Assembly: GCA_030704615.1 (NCBI GenBank)
Contig: CM060731.1
Coordinates: 89,900,001-89,964,000, forward strand
Reading direction: 5' to 3'
DNA length: 64,000 nt
DNA from: Takakia lepidozioides
Lineage: Eukaryota; Plantae; Bryophyta
Shown here: positions 35,845-46,507 of the stretch, in pieces
Numbering within the stretch: position 1 is the stretch's first letter
How the letters are laid out: the number at the start of each line of letters is the position of its first letter
Program-made: the position numbers and the translations under genes
Notes under the pieces: generated by a model
Databases searched by the model: none
Told to the model about the DNA's origin: nothing
The model's input: the letters and a program-made list of their open reading frames with translations, nothing else

Positions 35845-37640
35845 CATTCATTGCATGTAACCCACTCACTGAGTAGTCTTTCCTTCTGATATTGTGATGT
35901 CTTCTGCAAGACATAATGCTAGATCACAAATTTGAAAGCATTCTAAACAGGTGTAGCTGATGTGGGCTGATGTGGGAGATCTAGGAGGGGTTTGATAATT
36001 TTCCATTGGCATGTGTGCTTCTTAGGATTGACAGCAGTAATCTACTGTGACGATGAGAAACCGAGGGCTTGGCCAGAAGTGGGGTTTCTGAAGCTGCATG
36101 CCCATTTAAGATTTCTGCATGGTCTGTGAGGAAATTCTGGAATCATGTTCTGTCAAGGTGAGAAGTGTCTCCTTTATGTTGATTTGGTTGTACTTTATTT
36201 TCACTAGCAGGCTGCACAAGAGCTTCTGCATGCGTAGGTGGGCATTATATATGTATGTCCTTTCAGTTTTCAAGCCCATGTCAAGGAGCTCAACAATGCT
36301 TGGAATTGTGCTTTAAGGAAAGGTGCTCGAAGGGGTCATCAAGTATAGATGGGAAGGCATTACTTGTTGAGCAACGTGACATAAAGAACCACATCTCATA
36401 CCTTATTATGTAGGTTCCTTTCTCCCCTTAAATTTCTGTCTGGATGCTCTGTGCGTTGCAAGGATGCATGTGCTTTAATTGTGATCTCAAGCATGGGGCA
36501 TTCTGTGTACCTCACTTGAATACTTGCCCTTCACATGTTCTTTGTTTCCATTTCTTGGCAGAGTATACATCACTTCGGACAGTTTCACACTGTGGTCAGC
36601 GCGTAGCTTGAGGAAGGCTGACGGTGTGAAGTGAGGTGCACCTTAGTTGTAGGAATTCCGTGCCTACCACGATGTTTATTCCTGAACAATCACTGAAGTA
36701 AAGTATTTGTGGAATTTTGCATCTTCTCGTTTGCTGCGACGTTCATGTCTTGTTTTTGCAATCTCACATGAACTTGATCACACGTATTTTCTAGGTTGGT
36801 GGGATATAGTATGCATGTGCAAGTTTTATCAATGACAGGGCCATGTTACTGTCAATGACATTGTGCTATCCACTGGTGTTAGCCCATTGTAGATCTTCTG
36901 TGATAACGTCGCTGGAAGTACTTCTACACACTAGCATTTTTGGACTCTTAAGTCGTCCCCCCAACTTACACGAATCACTACGAGTGTCTGCTCTGTAACG
37001 TTTGGCACTTTTGTATGACCAGTAAACTAATTCACCACCACCTCTAAAAAACTAGAACATGCCAATGCTAAAGGCCTGCTCCTCAGCTTTCCTGGCACCC
37101 ACAACCCTGCATGTAAGTTGCAAAGCCCAACACATAGACTAACCTGCTGCTGCAAAGCAAGTAAGGAAAATAATATTTAGTCTGTTCTACTTTTACCACA
37201 ACGCTTATGTTCCACACAGCTGCTCCAGTACATCTGCTACCCAACAGCCCCAAACAACCCTACATAATAAGCATTCTGTCTTGCAGAAGACATCACAATA
37301 TCAGAAGGAAAGACTACTCAGCGAGTGGGTTGCATGCAATGAATGAGACCACCATACATCCTAATCTTGATGCCGTAACTGGAGACATGGCAGAACAAAA
37401 ACTTATACAACATGCAACTTAGCTTGATAAATGGACACGCAGCTTCAGAAACCCCACACTTCTGGCCACTTCTGACCAAGCCCTCAGCAGCTTAAGGTTT
37501 CTCATCGTCAAACCCCTCTTAGATCTCCTGCATCAGCTACACCTGTGAACGCTTTCAGATTTGTCTAGAATTTTGTCTTCCAGAAGAGATCACAATATCA
37601 AAAAGACTACTCAGTGAGTGGGTTGCATGCAATGAATGAG
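35845..37640. repeat. Inverted repeats (~250 bp) about 1.3 kb apart, with a partial extra copy at ~37270-37350
   Basis: 35845-36100 is a diverged reverse complement of ~37440-37640 (CATTCATTGCATGTAACCCACTCACTGAGTAGTCTT / AAGACTACTCAGTGAGTGGGTTGCATGCAATGAATG). Confidence 0.7.
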
Positions 37641-38147
37641 ACCACCCTAAACATAAACCCATCCATCGACTTACCTAATGTACCGGGCATCATTGTTGGG
37701 ACATACTCAATCTAGTACGGGGATTTTGGTGCTTTCGCCAGCAGGATCGGACAGTGAACGTGAAGGCATGATTCATATTCTCATCCAAATTTAATTTTCT
37801 ACATCCATATTATACATGGTCCAGCGTTCCAGCGTGCCCTAATCGATTCCCTTCTCTCTCGTCGTCTTCTCCTTCTCCAGGCCCTTGATGAATTAACTAA
37901 ACCTTTCACAGATCGAAAACCTTTCACAGATCGAAGACCTCCAGACCTGCAGCAGAAAAATCATTCTTCATGTCTGTTACCTAACGTACCGGGCATCATT
38001 GTTGGGACATACTAAATCTAGTACGGGGATTTTTGGTGCTTTCGCCAGCAGGTGTTTCAAACGCGAACGCATGATTTAAAGATGGAACATATTCTCATCC
38101 AAATTTAATTTTGTACATCCATATTATACATGGTCCAGCGTTCCAGC

Positions 38148-41100
38148 CAGGGATGCCTCGGCGTGAGCCTGGTGGCGCCACGTCATCGAGCTTAAACGCC
38201 ACGTCAACGCGCGCCAAGTAAGAAGCAGAGTGTATTTTCGCGGAAGAGCACCCTCAACTGCGGAAACAAGTTGGACGAAATAATAAAAGGAAGTGGTCAT
38301 CCCCACCTGAAAGCAACAGTTGAATGCAGGATGGATGAATGTAGAGTGGATGAGAAATATGTGGATGTGTGGGAACAATGCAAGCGAATGGATGAATGTG
38401 GGATGGATGTTGAATGGTGGAAAACATTCTTGAATGGAGGATGCATGAATACACAATAGATGAATGCACAATGGATATGACATGAGTGTGAGGGGTTTGT
38501 GGGATGGATTCATGAAGATTGACATTTGAATCCGAGTAGATTGTTTGATTCATTTTCTTTTCTGCCGGAACAAATGCCACGGTCTCCCACATGCAAGATA
38601 GACCTATTATATTGTAGCACAGAAGGAGGACTAAAAAGATTTGCAACAATGGATTCAGCTTGGCCTCTGCCATGACCTTTGCAAAGACACAGAAAAGGCA
38701 ATTTTGCAATTCCCCGTCGTTGCAGATCTGTTGGGGCATTGCAATACCGTCGCAATACCGTCACAAGGCGACCCATGGAGGTCGCAACCCCCTGCATTTA
38801 CAATATGATTGCGGATTTTTCCTACGCAATGATTTTTGTTTTAGCTCTATTTTGTTATGTGATGCAAACCCCAGACCACTACATACATGGAAAAAATTGG
38901 ACCAAACAAAAATTAAAAAAAACAAAGAGTTTCCTTCACTCACTATTGCGGAACTCTCTATGGAGAGTGCATGAAGTTGAAAAGAACTCAACTTCGGAGT
39001 GCAAATGAGGGAAGAAAATATGGTTTTCAGTCCAAATGATTTTTGTTCACTCCCAAAATTTGCAAACGATGTCATTAAGCATATGGTCCAATAGTTTGCA
39101 CGGATGTAGTGGTGCAAGGGTCGAATTCACAGAACAAAACACAGCCAAAAACAAATTATTATGTAGCAGCAATCCCCAATCCTAGACCCCCAGGCCGCTC
39201 CGGTGACGCTTCACCAGCTTGCGATTCAGGTACGTCGCTGCAGTTGGGGCATGACCCGCCAGCAAGCTGGGGGTTGCGACGCCCGGGCGTCGCACGTGCC
39301 CTTTGCGACGCTCCCGCAAGGCTGCGACGCCCGGGAATCGCAACAACACCCCCTCACACTTAGGCGCGTGGGGAGGGCCGAGCCAGCTCGCGCTGGGGTT
39401 TGCGACATCCCAACGTCGCAACAATGCCACAATGGCGACGTTGCGATTCCCCGCAGTCGCCAAGTTTCATCACTCGCTGGCCTGTTTGCTTCTCAATCCT
39501 CTTCAACCACACAAGCAGACATGAGTGACGTTGTAACTCAGTCACAAAGCCATGCAAAGATGAGGAATGATTTTTCTGGTGCAGGTGTGGAGGTCTTCGA
39601 TCTGTGAAAGGTTTAGTTAATTCATCAAGGGCCTGGAGAAGGAGAAGACGACGAGAGAGAAGGGAGTCGATTAGGGCACCCTGGAATGCCAACGACGCAA
39701 TGGCGTGAGCGCGCGAGCGTACGCTCACGCAGGAGTGATGTGGCGTGAGCGTGATGTCAGCAGGCTGATGTGGCGACAAATGCTGACGTGGCACTGCGCC
39801 GTCATCTGCCACGTCAGCATGAACATGCGCCGCCTATAACCGAGGATGGTCCTATGACCGTGGGATTAATGCAGGGAATCCTTGGCTGAATACAATCAAG
39901 ACTACCATGAGGCCTACAAAAGAACGAGAAAATATCCTCACAAAGTGTGCGCCATAGAGGCCGCAACGGGAAGACCTTGCTCCCTCCCCAAATAACAATG
40001 AGAGTTAGGATCATCTTCAAAAGATGATTGCAGTGCATAGCGACAGTAAGACATGTAGACTTCGAACGGTGCAATGATGAATGTGCTTTTAAAAATTGTC
40101 ACTCAGAGCTCACTCAGTATAGTTGGAAGGATAATGGGATAAGGGACGCCATATCATTGCACCGTCGACGATGTTGCAAACGAATTGATTTGAATTGAAT
40201 TTCCATGACAATGTTGCAAATTGCACATTTCATAGCATGATCGTCCACATACCACATTGCATAGTTGATGCTACCTATGTGTTGTATCCCGCTGCAATAG
40301 AGTATCGACCTCGTTGAAACTCAGAGTGGCCTGGTGAACGAAGTTGTCACGTTTGGGATCGCAAACCATCATCTTCAAAAATATGAAATACAAATGTTTG
40401 CAGGGTATGAATTTACCTCTCTTGCCCAAACTGATTGATAGCATATTCACAAAATCAGGACATGTGCAATTGGGGAAATTGGAAACCGTGATGTCGTATG
40501 CCCTGTCATGAACAACAGATGTCGAAGTGATCATTGTGTACACCCGACCATATCCTGGATCGGGCACTTCCGTGGTGCTTGCAACACGAGCTTGGAGCAT
40601 TCTTGCGGACTCCACTTCATAATGACATCTGGTACAATACCAGCTCTAAAGATGTCGCCATGCACCTCTTTCCCCTTTTCCAGAGCTACCAGGGCAGTGT
40701 TCAAATTGACATTGGGTACAATTCCAGCTTTGATGATATCCCCATGCACCTCTTTGCCCTTCTCCAGGGCTGCCAGGCTTGCACAAACATTGCAAATGCA
40801 CACCAACATGATGTGCTTCCCCCATCATTTGCTCATAGGTCTCCAAAGCTTCTATCCCACGTCCCTGCTGTGCATACCTTAGTGCAAGTATCGCACTCCA
40901 TGACACCACATCTCGTTCAGCCATAGTGTCGAACACTCCCTTTGCATCCTAGATGCACCCACATTTTGCAAACATGTCCACCAGGGTATTGTTTAGAATG
41001 ACAGCTGGTACAATTCCAACTTTGAAGATGTTGCCATGGACCTCTTTCCCCTTTTCCAGAGCTGCCAGTGCAGTGTTTAGAATGACATTTGGTACAATTC

Positions 41101-42277
41101 CAGTTTTGACGATATCCCCATGTACCTCTTTGCCCATTCTCTAGGGCTGTCAGGCTTGCACGACGCCACATCTTGTTCAGCCATAGTGTTGAACACTCCC
41201 TTTGCATCCTAGATGCACTCCTAGTGACTTCTTCATCTTTTCTGTCATGATATCCCCAAGATAGCACGGGCGGTGAGCATGTATGCCCAGGGAACGCCAC
41301 TTGTTTCTAGAGTTCCACATCTTGAAGGGGAGGAGAGATTCGGCTCCTGTAAGAGAAAATTGAACACCCCACCTGGTTCGGATTCCGATTCGCACAGGGC
41401 AGACCGTGATAACTTCTCGAAGCCTCGTGTTCCCCTGCATGACAGATCCATGTCCGGAACGTCCATTCTGGAGGAACCTCCGACACGACGGCAGGCTCCA
41501 GCATCTAACAGTGCCACTGACAACCCCCGGATGGAAATTCGGCACCGAATATCCAACAGGGGCCGCCCGGATGAAGTCGACTCGGGCGGAGAGGCCGGCA
41601 CCTGTCCGACAGAGAACATCCCCCGGATGAAAATTCAACACCGAATTTCCATCCGGGCCCCCCCAAAGGAAGTCGTGTCGGGGGGTCAGGCCGAAAACTG
41701 GCCGACATAAAAACCTCCCCGAATGGAAAAACGGCGTCGAATTTCCATCCAGGGCCGTTCGGATGCAGTCGGCTCGGGGGGAGAGGCCTGCACCTGGCCG
41801 TCACATTACATGGAGGGCGACACCGAACTATTCAAGAGTGTCCTCCTCCCTCTTGTGTCTGGCTCTACGTCTGGCACACAGACTGAACAAATTCAAATCA
41901 GAAATGATGAGGATACCGAGGATAAGCAGATCGACAACGACTTCTCATGTGAGTAAGTCGGCCATGGAAATGTCATTCCAGTTTGGGTGCTTGTTCAATT
42001 TTGCAGTAATAACTTTTATCATGCTTTGACTTGCAGGAACGGCAACGATGGATCTTCAGGAGAAACCCCCATTTGTGCCGAGATTGTTTTCGACAGTCCC
42101 CTTTCCACTTTTGTGCTTCTTGTCTATGCCGAAGCAATGGCACTTCAAATGGCCGAGGCTCTATCCCCTGACTTCTTATTGCCCGATCGCAGGAGTAGCC
42201 ATCGTAGATCCGGAGTTCTTAAATTCTTGGATGTAGAGGACGTGGGGATACATTGTACTGACTCTGAGTCAGACTGA
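38148..42277. mobile_element. Rearranged deletion derivative of a related ParB-MTase MULE
   Basis: Termini CAGGGATGCCTCGGCGTGAGCC (38148) and CAACGACGCAATGGCGTGAGC (39690, inverted); SWIM exon 40271-40615 (-); transposase piece PHLEGEERFGSCKRKLNT (41273-41430, +); MTase tail 41800-42277 (+). Confidence 0.75.
40617..41220 (-). pseudogene. PLS-class PPR fragments embedded in the rearranged MULE
   Basis: NNTLVDMFAKCGCI, MAERDVVSWSAIL and CASLAALEKGKEVHGDI, with frameshifts and internal duplications; similar to 19081-19745. Confidence 0.85.
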
Positions 42278-42307
42278 ACTTCGCATTTTTTTTGTTCTAT
42301 TTATATC

Positions 42308-43267
42308 CTATTCGGAACTGATTGAAGCTTGTAAATAAGAAGCCATTAGCTGTTCCTGAGGGATATAGACTCTTTTGTCGATGTTTGAAGTGAGGTCCTC
42401 CACTTGAGTCTGCAGTCCGTCTACATCCTCTTGTAACTCTGCTATCCTACTATAGACATTGTCTATAGTAGTTGTGGCAATGTTCTGCACCTGCAGCCTG
42501 AGCTCATTTATCTCGCTTTGGGTGAGCTTTCGTGGTGCTTTGCCCTCTACTGGCCCTTGTGCTAACCAGACCTGCATAAGGCTGTTATCCACCAAGTTGC
42601 TTGTGGTTCTCCTGAGAGTTTGCTCCTCTCTTAGCTTGTACACTTCTAACTGCTGTTGTAAAGCCTCCATGCGCTTCGCCTGAGTTTCAACCAACTTCGC
42701 ATAGGCAGCAGCCAGATTATTAGCTTCCCTCCAAGCCTTGTTATTGACCGCGATTTCATTTCTATTGGCCATGATCGTTTGGTGCAACTCCACGATGTGC
42801 TTCTCTTGATCAGCTTCAACCTGCCTGTATTGCTTGAAAGCCTCCTCATTGCGACAGATTGTATTCTTCATATCGACAATGAGTTTCAATTGCTCAACAT
42901 TCTCCTCTTCTGCCTTCGTACATTTTTCCGCTTGACTGTTTATTTCTTTTGTAGATTGTTCAAGCATAGTTGTGAATGTAGCACATTGTATCACCATCCT
43001 GTCATGCACTGTCTGCAACTCCGTATGTAGTGCATTCACTTTTTGCAACTTGGTTTCATGCTGCACCTGCATTTGGTAGAGCTGTTGCTTATGTGCTTCG
43101 TGCAACTGGTCTTGCGCGAGGCCCAACCCGGGCGACCTTATTGTTAAAGACAAAAGGCAAGAAGAGGGGGTGGGGACACTAGGAAAGGAAAAGGGAAGGG
43201 CCATGGGATTAGAGGGTTGAGGGTAGATTGCTTTGGCAATGGCTTTGGCAACATTGTTGTCTTTCAC
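42308..43267 (-). CDS. Uninterrupted coiled-coil ORF of unknown function (probably TE-derived)
   Basis: 319-codon ORF rich in Q/E/K/L heptads; no recognisable family. Confidence 0.4.
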   Translation of the reverse strand: MKDNNVAKAIAKAIYPQPSNPMALPFSFPSVPTPSSCLLSLTIRSPGLGLAQDQLHEAHKQQLYQMQVQHETKLQKVNALHTELQTVHDRMVIQCATFTTMLEQSTKEINSQAEKCTKAEEENVEQLKLIVDMKNTICRNEEAFKQYRQVEADQEKHIVELHQTIMANRNEIAVNNKAWREANNLAAAYAKLVETQAKRMEALQQQLEVYKLREEQTLRRTTSNLVDNSLMQVWLAQGPVEGKAPRKLTQSEINELRLQVQNIATTTIDNVYSRIAELQEDVDGLQTQVEDLTSNIDKRVYIPQEQLMASYLQASISSE

Positions 43268-43711
43268 ACCAATTTTGAAGATTCTTTCTGTTGCATCGAT
43301 ATCATGGTAACCAAATCGATTGAAGGGTTTTTAGGGGTCAGTCTTGTCTAGACATAGTTTGTGATAGATGCTCAACAGCTCCAGTCTTCTGCTTCTGAGC
43401 AACTTTTCTCTTCTTTGCAGGGCTCGGTGACGGATTCATGATATCACGTGTACTGCTTGTGAAGACGAATTTGGAGCAAGTCCAATCTTCTTTTGCCGGG
43501 CGAGGCTTCTGTTCTTCTTCACGGAGCTACCGCCGAATCCAGCTTCGTGCATTGACATTGACATTATTAGAAAACATAAGGTTAGAACGCAGACAGGAAG
43601 AGAGAAGATCTGTGGCATTTGGAGGGCAGGAGCAAGCAGCAGGGTAGATGTCACTTGAGTTCTTGCCAGTGGCCCCTGGTTTGCACATTTTGAAAGTTGA
43701 GTTGGTGAGAA

Positions 43712-43879
43712 GTTGTTGGGGAGGCTGGCATCACGGCTATCAATAGTGTTGCAGGGCAAGGAACCGACATATGCTCCCTATTGTGATGATGGTGACATTT
43801 TCATTGTATTGAATGCAAAAGAAATAGGTCAAGATTACTGGGGAAAAGCTCACCGACAAGCTGTCCACTGGCACACAGG
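43712..43879 (+). pseudogene. Organellar-type ribosomal protein uL13 exon fragment
   Basis: LLGRLASRLSIVLQGK-EPTYAPY.DDGDIFIVLNAKEI...HWHTG followed by a GTAAG donor; deletions and frameshift. Confidence 0.75.
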
Positions 43880-44394
43880 GTAAGTTCATGCCCTCTTTTC
43901 AATCTTTTTGAGCCTATTGTGTTCAGCTGATTGTAGATCAGCAAATTACTATACATGCCTGATATTGTGGATCTTGGGGGGATTTTCAGATTTGATGTGG
44001 ACAACATAGAGCGACTAGATATGCTCAAGGGCCGCGCGGCTCAAGGCAACGGTCTGACGACGATCTGGTGGGCTGCAAACAAATAGACTAGTGTTCTCGA
44101 CCAAAGCTATCATATTACGACCTTTGATAACATCCTTTGAGACTAGTTCTTCATATGGAGGAAAGTTTTAGGTCCCACATTTGCTTAGGGTGCGGTTGTC
44201 ATGATTTTGAGGAACTTAGGTGGCTTAGGATATGTAGCAGGAATAAGACCAACCTGGAAAATTAGCTCTTGCAAGCCCCCTCTATTTTACTGCCCCCTTA
44301 TGCTGTGCCCTCTTGTGTTGCATGCAGGGATATGGTTTGCTTTAGCTACTCTTGATTTGTAGATCTAGATCCAAGTCTTTCAACTATGAAGACC

Positions 44395-44790
44395 TTCAAC
44401 CTGCCAAAGGTGGACGATCATCATGTCGCACTCTCTGTGGTTGCCTCCCTTAGTCCAAAATGCCCTCAACCGTGAGGTTGGGTGGCCGTTGAATGGAATC
44501 ATAGGCTTTCTTGAGCAACTCTGGTGGTGCAAGATTGGTCCACCACAACCTAGGCCTATGTGCCGGTGAACCCAGTGCAGTTGCATCCAGCAATACAGCT
44601 GGTCCAATCCATGATCGGATCTGATGCACACTGGCCATAACCCTGGCCCGAGAATCCCCCATGAGAGGAACATTCTCCAGGATGTAAGCTGGAGGTTGCA
44701 CTTGCCTCACCTGCAAGTCATACAACACTCGCAACGTCTCCCAAAACAGATGCGATCGTGCATCATGCAAACCATTACCATGACCAAACT
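44395..44790 (-). pseudogene. C5-cytosine DNA methyltransferase fragment (DNMT3-like, likely retrotransposon-borne)
   Basis: GL.DARS.LFWETLRVL, YILENV (motif VI), LDATALGSPAHRPRLWWTNL (motif VIII). Motifs I-IV are missing. Confidence 0.8.
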
Positions 44791-45461
44791 CGATGGTATC
44801 CTCCCTGGTGCTTGCCTCTGGTCCTGACTCGACTGACCCAGAAAGTGTCTGCCCCTCGACTGCAACTGTGAGAGGCACTGTAGGCGTCTGTGTAGGGCTG
44901 CCTCCCTGGCCATTCTCTTCATATTCCACTGTGAAGACATAGTGTGGAGGATCAGGTACACAATCTCACGCAATAGGCGATTTGTGAGCTCACAAAATCC
45001 AGTACCAGACTCCTCTGTTCTCCTAGCTCTCCAACCAAGTCTCTTAGCTACTTGGCGTCTGAAATAATACCTTAGTTCTCTGGCGGTGGGTGGGACACTC
45101 AAAGGGGTGATACCCAAAGGAGGCTGTAGAGACACTAGAAACTCTCTCACTAAGCAACCTTTGATGAAAGCTCGATCACTGACACTGGCACCTACTCCCA
45201 ATGCCCAACCATCAAAATATATACTCACATCCAGCAACTCAGATGGAATGGGTGGAGGTTGGGCAACAATTCGAACTGAAGGCATGTCACGCTCACAGAA
45301 CTCACTCGCTCCCAAAAACAAATCTCAATCGCACATGAAGAAGAAAGAAAGAAGACAATAAATACACATGAGAAGGGAGGGAAGATGAGAAGGCAAAGAG
45401 GAGGACATATCTTTGCAAATGTGATGGTGGGAAATCCCGCGCTCCAAAGAATCTATCCATT

Positions 45462-46035
45462 TTGGCAGTTGTGCAGGCATGTGCAGTTATTCACAACAGC
45501 CTAGGTGATTTATGCTCACAACACTTGCTAGATGATTGTGATTTGCCAGAACTTGATGATGACCGGGATTTTGAGGACACTCCTGGTGTAGCCTATATGG
45601 GGGCTTCAGAGGATGAAGATGATTGGGCATGCCATGGGGAATTTGAGGATGATGATTTGTTGGGTGAACTTGGAATCTATGATGAGGAAAATGACTTGGA
45701 CAAAATGTCATTCAGAACCTTGTTCAAGGACAGTAACTGGCAGTCCACTTCCTCTACTTTGGATGGCACCCCAGGAAAGTTTACTGGCCCTGCCAGTGGA
45801 ATGACATTGCCTTCTACTTTTAGGGGGCACTTATTGTCATGGTTTGACCTCTTCTCTCCCCGAAAAAACTTGGTTCAAATTTGCTATCAAACAAACAAGT
45901 ATGAAGGAACTGTAATTGACCTTGGTAGTGGTAAGACCCGTGGGGGGCCAACATGGGTTCCACTAGATGTTCCAGAGTTGAGGGTTTTTTTGGGAATTTG
46001 TATGTTCATGGGTCTGAGAAAACAGCCAACTGTGA
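45462..46035 (+). mobile_element. piggyBac transposase N-terminal fragment
   Basis: Acidic N-terminus, then WFDLFSPRKNLVQICYQTNKY...WVPLDVPELRVFLGICMFMGLRKQP (start of DDE_Tnp_1_7); truncated. Confidence 0.78.
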
Positions 46036-46507
46036 AACCTGAAAATGCCATGATCTATAGCATTTTTCTTTATGGATATTTAATGATTATAATTAATCTT
46101 GCACTAGGTTCGGGCTTAAGGTTTTGATCAGCAGGTGCAGCTGATCCTCAGCAGCTATGCTATCTTTAGCATGGCTGGCCCCTTACCCACACAACAGATG
46201 CACTGGCCTAAGGCAGCTTTGTAGAGGTTTCAGTGAGGTTTCAGTTCAGTGATACTCATGCAGTTACTGCAAATGAAGGAAATTTGAAGCTGAAGTGGGC
46301 ACTCCCTAAGCCAGACAGCAGAACACTTGGGCGAACTGTTGCTATACCTAGGACAGCATCCTATTGGCATGTAAGTCCCCCACCATATTTCCAATTCCGA
46401 AAAACCATTTAAGACGAGACAAATAATGAGTTAGCAGGCATATCGATCACATTCTCTAGCTGCTACTATGATGCTAAAATTGCCTCCAACTTCTCTGCTT
46501 CAGGCTA

